DNA of 64,000 bases from Rhodosorus marinus CCMP1338 (taxonomy: Eukaryota > Plantae > Rhodophyta), in the NCBI GenBank assembly GCA_029953675.1, contig JAMWBK010000009.1:1426001-1490000 (forward strand), given 5' to 3'. Numbering within the stretch: the first letter of the stretch is position 1; each line of letters begins with the position of its first letter. A program made the translations under genes and the position numbers. The notes under the pieces were generated by a model that saw only the letters and a list, made by a program, of their open reading frames with translations, was not told the DNA's origin and did no database searches. This document shows, one piece after another, positions 24,802-37,835 of this stretch.

Positions 24802-27244
24802 TCATGCTTTGATGGATTTTGTCCCACCACTCAGCATCGATTTGAACTGGCCCTGCTCAGGCGCCGATTGCAGATCACCCATGAGCGCAACGGACGGGGT
24901 GCTTGAGAGCAGTTTTTCTCCTACCGATTTCAAGTCCGCAGCAGTAAGCTTCTCAATTCGCGTTACAAACTCATCAGGGGTTATGTACTTGTTGTAGATA
25001 GAAACCTGACGTCCGAGATCTTCGCAGGTGACTAAACGACCGTCAGTGTTAGCGAGCATGTTCCCTATGGCTTGCCTCTTTGCCCGTTCAAGCTATTCAT
25101 TGACAAGACAAAAAAAGACACAAAACCCTTCAAAACACAATTTCCAGAGCGCGAAGAGTTCAGGACAAAAAAGTGTAGCAACAAACCTCTACCGCGGTCG
25201 GAGCCTTTGCGAGACTCTGAGCAGCCGAAATCGTAGTTGCCATAAGATCCTCCATCTTATTAGTGAAGCTTGACATCTGGATGGCGAAGACGGAAGAATC
25301 TGCGTAGAGCAAATTCGATGTAATCGCGGAATTGACCCAGTGGTGTTGGTTGAGTACGTCGGTGTAGAGCCGAGTGAGCAAACCTTTCCCTGGTCCCCCT
25401 GTCGAGAAATAGTCTCCACCACCCATCAGGTGGCTAAGAACGAATTGAGCTACGATTTCCTTGTCGTCCCAACTGTAACCCTCGAAACCGATCGCAATGC
25501 GGGCCTGGTGCTCTGAGCGTATTCTGACTTCGCCACCAGTATATCTACAGACGACAAAAACAAAAAAGGAAAGGCGGACTCTGTCATGAGCGGGAATAGG
25601 TGCAAATCCAGCTGCCTAGCGCACAACCGGGAAGATTCTCAACCTACTTTGCAGGATGTCTCGATCGATTGCTAGTCCCTTGAGGAATATGACCCAACAT
25701 CTCCCCAACAACTGAAACCATTTCATCGTGGTCCACGTCGCAGCCACTAATAACAATATTCTCACCGGTGAGCAGTTCCATCATAAACATGTGAAGACTG
25801 TCCGGAGTTATCTTCGCCAGCATGCTGTCGGTAACAATTGTCGGGTGTCCTGGTGAGGATTAAGACAAGTGCGCCAAGGCGTAAAAAAGCTTGTTAGTTT
25901 GCTCCGACACAGCAAAGGACACATGGGCAAAACAAATTTCAGTCCCTTCAATTCGCTGCTATAATAACAAACTTGCTTTCATATACGAAAGACAGCTGAA
26001 GCCCCGGATGTGACCAGAAAGCATGGCACGAGTATAGAGGATTAAGCACCTCTGCAGAACGCAGAGGGCTCTTCCACAGTGCTTACTTCGCACAATGAAG
26101 CGTTTTTTGCACTTCGATTCCAGCGGACAAATAGATAACCCACATAAACAAACCTTACTACACAAAACCCAGCAATGGCATCTCAAAAAGCTTGATGAAG
26201 CGCAGAACATACCAAGCGTTCTCCCGTTGTATGCTGCGTCGTGAAGACCATCGAGAATAACCAGTTGTGTATTCTCGGCTTGTTCTTTTACATCATCTTG
26301 CAGGAGAGCCTTCAGTGCTGTCAGCTCCTCCTGGATATACTCCTTAGTCTCATAATCTGACACGTCGGCCATGGGCTGTGAATCCATTTTTAAACTCGTA
26401 GCTCTCAGCCGTAATGCTTCCGAGGTTGTAAGTTTCACTACCTCTTGCTTACCCGGCTCAAAACGCTGGACTCGATGAGAGCGGTCAGGATGTCTTTTGA
26501 TTTATACCGCAAACCTTCAGCACAGGACGCCAACATCTCTCGACTGGCAGTGGCCGTAAATGAAGCTGGTAGATTCTCAATATCTCGAATCACCTGCACT
26601 GGAGGTCTCTTTGATGATCCTGGTACGCGATTCAGAACTAGCACTTAAGAAAGCAGAAACAGCCATTCCAGAGCATGCTTGAGCCGATCGAACCCTTGAA
26701 TGCAAGCTTCTCGAGCATATATGACGACCCTGCCGTTTCGAATGTTTCGTAGCGAGGGCTAATATCGACGAAAGCAGCAACTGCGCTCATCTGGAGTAGA
26801 TTTTGTGTGACAAGACGTTTAGATCGTGTATTCATAAGGCCGTCTCGACGGTCAATAGAGGGTAAGCGTTATGCTCATAGCGCCAAAGACGTACAGGCCG
26901 ACCAAAATCTTGGGTAACAACCCGCACGCCATTGTCTAGCTTAGTTATCGTAGGCTTAGTGGGATTCTCGCCGGCAACGTAGTTCGGCTCCGGCGAACCA
27001 ACAAAAGGTTCTGCAAAAAAAACAACAGGTAATGCGGAACAATTCTCCAAGATCAGCAGGTGCACAAGCTGGGGAGTCGAACAATTTGAAAGGCCAAAAC
27101 CATACTTATCAAATCCTGCTTGAAAATCGATGTCGTCCCAAATATCCTCTCACTTAGAGTGATCTGTCTCGCGGATGAAGTATGAAATCCTCTCACGCCC
27201 GACAAAAGTCGAGGACCAGTCCTCCCTATACTCAGTCCAGCCAT
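24802..27244 (-). CDS. MPPA: Mitochondrial processing peptidase alpha subunit (M16B); multi-exon
   Basis: Presequence-like MAGLSIGRTGPRLLSGVRGFHTSS. Motifs: TITKLDNGVRVVT, SPRYETFETAGSSYMLEKLAFK, ASREML, LHDAAYNGRTLG, glycine-rich loop MGGGDYFSTGGPGKGLLTRLY, EDLGRQV, TPSVALMGDL. Confidence 0.93.
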
Positions 27245-28080
27245 GAAGCCTCTCTAGCAGCACATAGCCCCGCCCCCCCCCTCCCCGCCCGCCCTCCTCC
27301 CAATTCTACTAATCGACCCCACCTCCCTATCGCGTTGCCCTCGGGAGAAGCTCCCTCTTCTTTCATCGCCAACATTGGATTTTCAACTCATCTCCAATCG
27401 GCATTCCACAATGCCCTCCAAAATCGTTTGTCAAATAAAAATACATTATCCAATCCCAGCCTGATCCTTCCCCCCCTATTGCTTTCTGAAAACCAACTTG
27501 TGATTGACTCCAATGCTAGTGTACCCCCTCGGTAGAATCGATATGAATTCATATTTTAATATTAAACAAATTTTCAAGCCCATCATGATCATCAAGGCAA
27601 AGGGTAACAGGACGAAGCTGTTCTCGAGACCGTTTCCCCTCAACATTTGCACCCCGTTATTCGAATCAACGCAATGTCAGGTCTTTCGTTTCTTTTTGTT
27701 TTGCGGGGGACTCGTTTCGGTGTGGAGGGGGGGGGAAATAGTGCCATACCGAGGCCACCTTGCAAGACCGCATATTGCATGGAAAAACAAAGAATACCAA
27801 GCCGGCTAAAATACTATTATTTTATTTGTAAAATTGTACTTTCTGATAATTTCGTTCCCCCCTCCTCTCATTTTGGAAATGGCCGATTTTCGTCTTACAA
27901 TCCTAGGGATACATTGAAAGCTCTTATTGAGTCACCGCTCGCCAATCAATATTACTCAGAAGGATGAAAATAAAATAATAATTCAAAATACTTAATCCAA
28001 TGAATGATGAGAACAACAGGAAATCAGCCTACTGCTTCTGTTATTGATTGACACAACTTCGGCAACTCGTTCGATGCTAT

Positions 28081-28760
28081 CTATGCTTGAATGCTCATGG
28101 TTTCCCGTTGAGAAGCTCCATCAACATATGATATCTGTCCATTCAGAGCCTGGAGACTCTCAAAACCTTCGGCAAGGACGGATACATAGGCTCTTTTTCT
28201 GAGCAGAGCTGCCTTTCTGCGCCCCGAACCGATCTGAACCCTATAAAGGTCGGTTTGAGATATCGACAGCCCCCCCTCAGCTGCGCGTGTCCCTGCCCTA
28301 CCAAGAAACAAGGACGTCTGTAAGCGACAACGAGCAAAGAGCGGAGGAAACCTATTTGAAGTAATACGCGGGTAAATATGTTCGATTTGTTAAGCCCCAT
28401 TTGAACACCGAACTTCGTCGTTGGGTACCGGTCGGCTTTGATAGCCTCGGCATATAGTGCATCGACTTCGAACGCGAAGATAACAAACGGTTCCAGCCCG
28501 TCTCAAGCTCCGGGTAGCACCAGATTTCTCTGCTCTAGCCGTCTGGATGGCCGCAGTAATCTACTAGACCATTGTCAGATGCGTTAGTGTGGGGTTCTTA
28601 GTTGTCCGCTAGCCAGCTCCTCCAGGTCTGAACAGAGCATGGGTTGATGCGAGCGGGAGACCGAAGACAGAACGCTCGTGATATCGCATTCAGGGGGCGC
28701 GGAAAAGCACTCCATTCCGTAAGCACCTACACTAAACACCGCTACACTTAACATGCCCAC
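28081..28760 (-). other. Possible unidentified multi-exon gene
   Basis: A minus-strand G-rich leader lies at 28830-29400. An exon-like terminal frame (AGTRAAEGG...RETMSIQA*) ends at 28081 and is preceded by a pyrimidine-rich AG acceptor. No homology recognised. Confidence 0.25.
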
Positions 28761-30246
28761 TTCAGCAATTTGGTTATGCGAAATCCCCTCTTGTCAACAC
28801 AACGCTAACAGCCTGGACACACGAACAACAGACATCTTTAGACAGCCTGTCGCCCTCCCTCTGGATAAAGATACGTAAAAAAAAGAAAAAAGGGGACCAA
28901 TCTGCAGAACCAAACACCCTGCGCTGTTTCGATCAGCACAACACAAAAACCCGAAACAACCCCCCTCCCCCTCCCCTTCCTTCCTGTGCCCATGTTCAGA
29001 CAGCCTGTCGCTGTCATATCTATCTGTGTTGGGACTCTGAGAGACCTAACAGCGATGTCCCGGCCTGCAAAGCCACTACCATTACAACACAACCAGAACA
29101 GCAAAACTCTCAAGAACTCTTGAAAATAAGCGTGTCAGTGTCCCATCCTTTGTATCTAAGTTGGGACACAAACTGATCAAGCCTTCAAAAAGCAGTGTAC
29201 ACACAAAAAACAAGAGAGCCTCTCCTTCCCCGCACCCCGTTGGCTTTTCGATCTAGCCAAACTCCTCCAAACTCCTCCCCCTTCTTCCCTCCATTCCGAA
29301 ATGGACGTAGTTCAATTTATATTCTTTGTCAAAAAATAAACTCTATTTTCTACTCAGTATCCTCACCTCATCCCACCCCCCAAAAACCATCCCCGCCCAA
29401 ACACTGACGAAAAATTATAATGGCTAAACATGGAAAACCAATCAAAACAATCTCTCGACAAATTGTTTTTTAGTAGTAAAATTGGTTGCCCGACTCTTCA
29501 ATGTTTTTGGGAGGTTTCGTCCTTCCAAAACGTATTCCCAAAATATCAAATTATTCTAACGCAAAATATGTTTCTCATTATGCGGGTAAGGTTCGAAATT
29601 TTTAAGTTTATGTGCATAGACATAATAAAATATTAAAATTCGGTGTCAGTTCCTTATTAATAAATGGAATTTTTTGAAGAATTCGTTGAATTGGATATTA
29701 TATATATAATATGGTATATATCGGGTAGTTTATTGGATATTTCGTGTTGGACCGGACCAGGGTAATAAAGGCCAGCAAATTCGTTCTTGACAAAAAGTTA
29801 AATTATTCTAGGGTTTTTGATTGTGAAGCAATTTTGGAAGAATGACGAAAGGTTGCTGGAGGTTTTTTTAACGGGATTTCTTTTTTTTTGTTGATTGAGA
29901 GATTTTGTAGAAACAGCACGAAAAAAGGCTTTCGAGAGCGTTTTGTTGTCAGAAAACTTGAGTAAGGGGCTGGTGGGGAATTTGGGTGGGTGGGTGGATG
30001 GGTTGAAGGGAGTATGTGATACTCTGATGGAAGCGTTGAGGTCGTGTACTAAGTGTGGATTTAACTGGAACTGTTTGATGACTGAGTGAGATTGAGTTAC
30101 CCGTGACGTTTGAAGTTTTGGGGTTTTGTGCAGATGGTGTTTGTAGGCGCGTATGTGGGAGTCCTGTTGAAGGAGACGGGCTAGATCTCCTTTGCAGAGG
30201 ATTGTTTCAAGACTCATTTTTTTTTTCAAGTTTCCTACCTGTTTGA

Positions 30247-33200
30247 ATGGCTATGGAACTGATAAGTTCCTTAGAAGAAGTGTCGAAGGACGAGGACGCA
30301 GGGCTGCATGGCTCGGGCGATGATGGGAATTCCATTCAGCAGGAGCCTGAGTCGGAGTTATTAGAGCCGCTGCCCGAGGATGAAACGGAGACGTTTTGGA
30401 ATTTCGACGATGGTGATTTGGCTCAGGATGACAATGCCTCCTCGCGATTCTCATGGCTTGGATCCTCCCTGAAATGGATCTGGATTTTGTTCAGACTGGC
30501 ATGGAAGCATTCCATGAGACATCCAGTGATGCTTCTATTGGGAATCATCACCTTGACATTGATTGTCTTCGTGATGACGTTTATTTCCGCCGCGTCAAGT
30601 CTCGCTCCTGGGATTTTAACAGAACTCGTAGAAACTGAACAAGGCCAAACAGACCTAATTCTGGATCCACGTTTCACTGAGGATGGGTACGCCTGACCTG
30701 AACACTGACTCGAGCTCACTAGATCTCCATGTTTGCTGAAACTCCATCCCATCCATAAAAAAAAACAGCAGAGAGTATTTAAATTATACAAGAGCGTCGG
30801 AGATCTGGAACCGAATGGGATTCGAAACATCTGCCGCCAGATACAACTTCCAGGCCCGGGTCTTGGGGGTCGGCAATTCTGGTGGGCTCAGTTCGAGGGT
30901 GAGACGGAAGATGAAACGGGCACGGGCCGATTGACTATGACATTCTTTCTAGGGTTCTAAGTTGCTTTTTTTCGTTGTTTCGTTTCCGACCGACTTTGGA
31001 ATCTACGACGCAGGTTGTTGCCTTCGACACTTCTCAGGAGGAGGTAGCCGGCATTGGAGAATGGCGACTTCCCCGCATCCAGGATAATTCATGCTATATT
31101 TCATCCTCGCTTGCGATCGCGACTGGACTCGAGGTCGGTGACTCAATAACCATGATCGCGGACTTTTCAGAGCTCGTGCGGAAAGTTACTGGGGAGCAAC
31201 CTAGGCGTGCAGTGCTGAGGACTGAACTGAGGATAGAAAACGTCCTCAGCGACTTTAAGAAAAAGTTTCCGTCGGACTCTTCAATGCAACCGGGAGTTAT
31301 GATCGAACTTGATAGTTTCCAAAGGATCTTGCGAAGCCAGATCGTTGGTCTACGCGGGTCTGAACAAGCCGGCATGAGTGATTTCAAGATAAGGGATTTT
31401 GCCACCAATGCTTACTTACAAATCCCAAGTCCTCGCGAGGAGTACCTACATCCAGACAATGTCGTTGTACGTGAGCGGGTCATTTCAGCGCTAAGATGGC
31501 CGACGTATGGAGTTGACTTCCGTCAGCTTAATGCTGCACTGCCGATCTTGGATGCTCTGGATGAATTCAATCTGATATCTTTGTTCCTCAGCCTCTTGGT
31601 TAACGTGGCGATGGTTGTGTTTTTGGTTCTCGCCTGGGTCATCCTGTATTCCCTGTTCGGCTACACAGTTGAAACGCGAAGCTATGAGGTTGGAGTGATG
31701 AGGGTGGTCGGTCTGCGAAAAATTGGAGTTGTGGAGTTGGTTTGGGCACAGGTCCTGCTCGTAGCGCTTCCGAGTTGGGCCATTGGCCTTCTACTCGGTC
31801 AAGGCGTTTACTATGCTGCGATTCTCTTCTTACAGCAGAGCATTGGAGTGAGATCTGGCTATGCATTGCCTGGTGGCGCTATTGCGGTATGGGTTTTGCC
31901 AGTATTTGGACGGATATGGGTCGGATGTTTTTTTTTTTTAATTGACACGACAGACTGGCTACTTCCTTTTTCTGGGTTTCCAGGTTGCATGCGTTCTTGG
32001 ACTGGTCGTTCCGTTTGCGGCGGCTATTCTTCCAGTCCGTCGGGCTATTTCGCAAGCGCCTGCGGAGGCATTTGCTGCGCAGAACCGAGGAAACGCGCCC
32101 ACGGCACAAACTGTGCAAATTACGAGACAAAATTCACGTCTTCCCCCTGCGCTACTCTCAGTGTGTATCATAACTGTGGTCCTGGGCTTCATGATGTACT
32201 ACTTGTTTCCCTTGGCGCTCGTGTCGCTGAACATAACGCTCCTGCTCGTAGTATTCATGTTTCTCCTGCTTGCGATGCTGATGGGGTTCAGCCTCCTTTT
32301 TACCAGCCTGGACAGGGTGTTCTCCTGGATCACCTTTTGGGTTTGTTTCTGGTGGCATAGGGAGATTGTGAAGAGGCTCACAATGACGAACTTCGTTTCA
32401 CATCGATCGCAGAACAGGAAGGTCTTCCTAATGTACAATCTTACGATTGCGTTGGTAATTTACTTGGACGTAATCGCGCGCTCCCAGATCCAGTATCTCA
32501 ACGCATCAAATGAGAAAGCCTTTGGTACGTAGTGTGCCAAACGCTGCTGTTTCGCTGATGACGGCCTTCCATACGAGCTTCGCCAGCTTCGCGTTGCTTC
32601 GGGTTCTGAATAGCATCCTATTGTGTCACTTTCGATTATCGACTGTAGGTGCAGACCTCAATCTGGGAAGCGAGAACAGGTTCGCTTGCTGTAGGGATAC
32701 TGTAGAGGCTGCCGTAGCTGAGAGCCCTTTTGTTGAATCGTTCACGTGGAAAACGGCGGACATGGATGGTGGACGGGTGATGAATCTTGGGAAATCCTTT
32801 ATATCTGGGGTGCGGGTGTATGGTGTACTTCCAAACTTCAACCGTGCTACGTTCGCGGTTTACACAACCTTTTGGTCGTTCTTCGTTGGTGGTAGGATCC
32901 TGTACTGCAAAAGCGTTCGCTCCGCCGAGCTCCTCTCCTCGAATGTGCCATCACTGAATGGTGTTGTGTTTTTGTTTTTCGTGTGTTTGTGAAGGATCCT
33001 CCTGGGATGAGTATTTGTATACTGCTCAAGGATCCCAAGTTGGAGCATTGCAGCAAAACGACTATGACCAGTTGGGCTTATCGGAGTCCTCGGCTCTAGT
33101 CTTCGACAATAGAGTACCGACGACACCGCTTACTCGTCTAAGGCCATCTGCAACTTTTAACTCGCTGGCCGGATTCGAAGAAAACCGATGGTATGGACGA

Positions 33201-33946
33201 AGGGACTGCTCGCTGCCCTTGATGAGGATGGAAGAACAACACAAGGTGCTAAAGCGGTTAATTATTTTTGCTGTTCTCCTTACTGTGCCTCTGCGTTCAG
33301 GTCCGGAACGCAGCCCTTCGTTGTGTCCGTGCCCACATTTATTCGAATGAGCCGTGGAGCCTTCCCTGACATGGCAAATGTTCCAATGGAATCATTAATA
33401 ATTCGAACAAAGGCCGGCCTAGGCGGGAAAGAGTATGCTGAACTGAAGAAGCAAATTCTGGAAACCACTTCTTCACTGCCAGGCGCTTACTACTTGGACG
33501 AGGTGGTAGAGAGTCAGAAGCAGGTTGAAGATGTGTCCAAGGTGATTGAGTTCGGCTTCATTTGTATCAACGTGCTTGCCATGGTCATTTGCAGCTTCAG
33601 CTTGATCACTGCAATGTATGCCAACTACTTTGAGCATGCGAAAGAGATTGCCACACTCAGAGCGCTCGGATATGGTAGCAGGGGACTGTTCAATGTGACT
33701 TTTGCGGAGTCTGGATGCATTCTGGTCCCAGCTTCCTTACTGGGGATTGTCGCAGGATGGACGGTGGCAATTACACAATCTTCCCAAAACGGATACTTTG
33801 CAGATCTTCCTCCTCCCATTATTTTTCCGTGGCAAGCGATCGTCGTTGTTCTCGTGCTCACCATTTCGAGCGCCACAGTCGCAGCGCTGCTTGTCTGCCT
33901 GAGAGGAAGAAAGCAGATTGCGCAAACGCTGAGACAGATTGCCTGA
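30247..33946 (+). CDS. Large FtsX/MacB-like (ABC3-type) permease with two FtsX membrane domains; multi-exon
   Basis: N-terminal TM (LLLGIITLTLIVFVMTFISAA) followed by a large loop (YLNYT). FtsX block 1: LILYSLFGYTVETRSYEVGVMRVVGLRKIGVVELVWAQ. FtsX block 2: SLITAMYANYFEHAKEIATLRALGY. C-terminal TM PWQAIVVVLVLTISSA. No NBD or Walker motifs. Confidence 0.85.
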
Positions 33947-34028
33947 AGAGGAGTGTGGGGAGAAATATTAACTCTGTTTTAACAACAATTGTAAATATTA
34001 AAGAAGATAACCAAGTTTTACGTATCCA

Positions 34029-35926
34029 CTAATTTTCTGAAATGAATTCTGCCATAGGATCATCCGATCTGATCCGCCGTCTTCTATACGCCTCCATTTC
34101 CTCTTCGGTCACATCTACGTTACCACCGGAGAGAGAATTGTACCCACGCTTTCGCTCGTCAGGTTGAAACTCTCGGTCCTTTTTATCCTGTTGTTTCATG
34201 AACTGCTTGACTTTTTTCTCTGATTCCTTTTGCAGTTCCTGTTCGTTTTTTTCCGGTTCCTTTTCTCTCGCCTCTAGCTCTCTTGCGCGCTTTTCCCTCT
34301 CCTTCTTTAGCTCCATGCTTCTCTTCATCATCTCAGCCTCAGAAGCTAGCTTAGCAGCTTTTCCTTCTTCCCCAGTGCAATAAGCGTTCCTTGTTGTCTG
34401 AAGGCAGCATCCGTAGCCCCATTTTCTCTCCTTCTTATCATAGTAGGAACCCCATATCGCAGGGTGGTTGCCCTCAAGTACATCCTCTGGATATCTAGAG
34501 CGGGGATTGGCCGCCTTTGGGCCCTTGATCACTTTTCCGTCGTGATTGTACTCTACATACACTTCACTCTGTTCCAGGAGAACCTCGGGATTCACCCTCT
34601 TAAACTCTTCTCCTCCATAGCGACTCAGCACATCCTGCCGGAGCTTGGATTCCTGGTTTTCTTTCCTCGATTTGAAGTTCTTGTGTAGCATTTCTGTCAG
34701 CGACGGATCGGACTGCATATGGGGAAGCTGTCGATTTTCTTCCGCAGCCTTGATTGCATGGAGCTCTAGTTCCGCGAGGTTTCGAACGTCTCCACTGAGC
34801 CTGACAAAGTTGTCGCCGGCGTAGTCCTTGTCTTCAGGGTCAATTTGCGGAGTCGGATCCTCACGCATTGAGCGTGACTTTGGGTCATAGTACGCTGAAT
34901 TAACGTCCAGATTCAACAAGTATTTGGCAGTGCTTTCCCGAATTCTCAGGTTTCGAACGCTTGCAGGTGTTCCCTCGTCCTTCTGCTCGAGTAGAACCTC
35001 AGCTTCGTTCTGTTGCAAAAAAGAATGATTTGTACTGAGATCACAGGACGGAAATCTTAACAGGACTGCTTTCGAGCATGAGATTGCGCATACCTTTAAC
35101 TTGAACTCAGCTTCGTCGTCTGGTTCCGAACCTGAGTCCTCCTTCCCACCTTTTCCAGCGGCCATTTTGTCCTCGAGCTCCTGGGCGCGCTGTTTCTTCC
35201 TCTCATCCTCCAGTCTATTTGATTTGTCGATAACCTTTTTGTACTCGGCGGCATCGTACCTAGACCACGGGTAGAGTCATCGTTGCTGTCAGTTGGCTAG
35301 GTCATACTCTCAAAGCAAGTTTCGGACCTGAACGGCGGAATTTCTCGAGCTTTTCTTCAATACTTTGACCTACCCGTTCCAGCGATCACGTTTTCCTTCA
35401 TAGTCCAAATTCACATCTCTAACGATTTCGTCAGCTTTAATGTCTTTATTGGTAAACTTGGCACCTCGTTGTCGCGGTCGCTCCATGCAATCCTTCTGCT
35501 TGTGAGTAAGAGAACCACAATTCTTGACAATTCAAAGAAAAATCCATCATTTCCTTGGGTTAGAATTGTGAAGCTTGCCCGCTGTCAGCTGGCGCTGGAC
35601 ATAATACCCTTGCCTTTACCTACCTGACAAGCCCCTTTTCTGTACTTGGTTGACGTAGTACCACTCTGTCCCCTCGCGTACCAAGCACCCAACTTGTCAT
35701 ACTTCTCTCTGGCCTTCTCCAACTGACTCTTCTGATGTTTCAACGACGGCGCATGCTGATTTAAATACCACGGAGCTCTTGAAATATACTGTGGAATGTG
35801 TGGATTAATGTCATTTCCCTCCTCATCAACTTCAGGCGCAATCTGTCCAGACTTTCTCGCCTCCTCCAACTCCTTCGCCTTCTTGTACTCATCCCTCGAC
35901 CGGAATGTATGCGTGCTTGACGCCAT
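34029..35926 (-). CDS. SLU7: Pre-mRNA splicing factor SLU7; multi-exon
   Basis: Motifs: [29 protein letters not shown], zinc knuckle [79 protein letters not shown]. Confidence 0.95.
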
Positions 35927-37448
35927 ATCTCCAGAATTATGAACAGCTTGTCACCCCCCCTCTAAAAATCTCTATATAGTCCCACTCCTAACATCTCCAC
36001 ACCAACCTATTCCAATATCCCGCAACACCGACCGCCACCGCAGCTTCTTATATACTAACCCAAGCGGAGTCCTACGTTAATATCAAGACCAGTAAACGTC
36101 AGAAGTGGACGTGGGATTCCTTTTTTACTTCCACCGTCTAGAGGAATCTTCATAACGTTTATACGTTAAACAGTATCGTGTTAATGTATATGTTGATAAG
36201 CGGAGAAGTTGGAATGAGGCAGAGCCGAGCAAAAGTTGGAGTGAACTGAGGATTACTATGGGCGGGCCTTTCGATGTCGTTGGGGAGCTGAGGGTAACAA
36301 GTCAGAATTTTTGCTTCCTGAAGCGACCCCAAGAATCGATTAGACTAGTCACAGCTTTTTCCTGTGCTAGGCGGGTATCGAGGGTACGTCTGATAAGTTT
36401 TTTTTCGCCGGGGACAATTGCATGGATATGCGACAGGCAGGCGAGCATGAGCATGAGATTTACACCTCGCTGTTGTCCTTCTCTCCCAAACAGCTTGGAT
36501 AGTGACAATTTGCACGGCCTCCTGAAGTCAACCTCGCGGAGGGGTTTGCAGCCTGACGAGAAAGAGATTGCCAACTCTCGCAGGATAAAAAAGGGCCAAG
36601 AGAATTTAGACCAGCACAATGGTTGCGAACTGCTAGCGCTCATGTGATTTTAAAGTGTCCCAGTGCGCCTCCTCACAAACGACTAGTTTCCTCTCTCGTA
36701 GTCTCGACACGTGTCTACATTTCACGGAAAGACCGACCTGCGAATCATTCTGTCGACCTTACAGCAGCTTTCCTGTCGCCGCGGTACCTTCCGGGCGTCG
36801 AATAGTCCCTACTATCCATACCTGCAAGTAGAGTTCGCCAGTGAACGATATGAACTGTCCGTGGTTTCGGAAGGTCCCTCGTTTCTGCTGTTTCCAGAGG
36901 AAACACGAAGCTCCACCTCAAACGCCTCCTTCAAGACATATACTGGTTGTCGTTGATCTCGAGCTTGGCTAACGAACCTAACTGTAGACTTTACTGGGCA
37001 ACTGCCTAATGCAGCGCAACACTAGCTCCACATAAAGAGTTTGTTCTTAGTAGCACTATCTGCCCGTTCCTAAACGATAGGTGAATGATGTCGCATACAC
37101 GCTTGCGTTCTGTCCGTTCTTCGAAGAGGTGGCAGATCTCCGCTCATCCCCAATTGTCTGGTTGGAGACGTCCAGTCGTGTGGCCGCGTGATTGATTCGT
37201 TCGGGTGTTTGGCTAGAATGGTTCTTAGCTCTCGAGGTTGATGTCTATTGCTCGTTCATGCGATGCCGGTGACCGCTTTTGGTTAGGAAAACTTACTTCA
37301 CATTTTGCGGTAAGGGAAGTAGGGCGATCGACCAAGAGAACTGGTCTGCTTTTTTCGGGCGGAGGTTTCACACGGGCGTTTGAGAGTGGTGAGCCCTTGT
37401 TGGGAAAAGAGGCAGCCATTTCCGTTTGGTTTGTTTTTGGTCGGCTGC

Positions 37449-37835
37449 ATGGACCAGGCGTTTGTAGTAGTACCAGCTGTACGGGCTAAGAGCTTGACGA
37501 CAGCTCAGGCGAAGAAAAAAGGGAGAAGAGCAAAGGGGCGATCTGTTCCCAAACCGCCGCCGATTCCATCGGATTTTGTTTCTTCCCGAGTAGGCGACGA
37601 TGATGGCTTAGAGGAAGAAGCTGGGGCAGAGGGCTATAAGTCAAAGCTTACCCCTCTCAGTGGGACTCCTGAGAATCCTGTGAGGAGCAGGGGGAAGAAA
37701 AGACCAGTTGGAAAAGAACCGGAGGCGATCAAAATTGCAAAGCAGGCTACTTGGTTTGGAATAGGGGCCTTGGTATTTGCCGAGCTTTTCGTGCATTTGG
37801 TTTGGGTTCGGGACTGGATACCGAAGGGTAATTAG
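37449..37835 (+). CDS. Small (128 aa) putative plastid-targeted membrane protein of unknown function; single exon
   Basis: The ATG at 37449 gives MDQAFVVVPAVRAKSLTTAQAKK (AFV transit-peptide-like start), a Lys/Pro-rich then acidic linker, and one C-terminal TM helix (ATWFGIGALVFAELFVHLVWV). Confidence 0.6.
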   Translation: MDQAFVVVPAVRAKSLTTAQAKKKGRRAKGRSVPKPPPIPSDFVSSRVGDDDGLEEEAGAEGYKSKLTPLSGTPENPVRSRGKKRPVGKEPEAIKIAKQATWFGIGALVFAELFVHLVWVRDWIPKGN

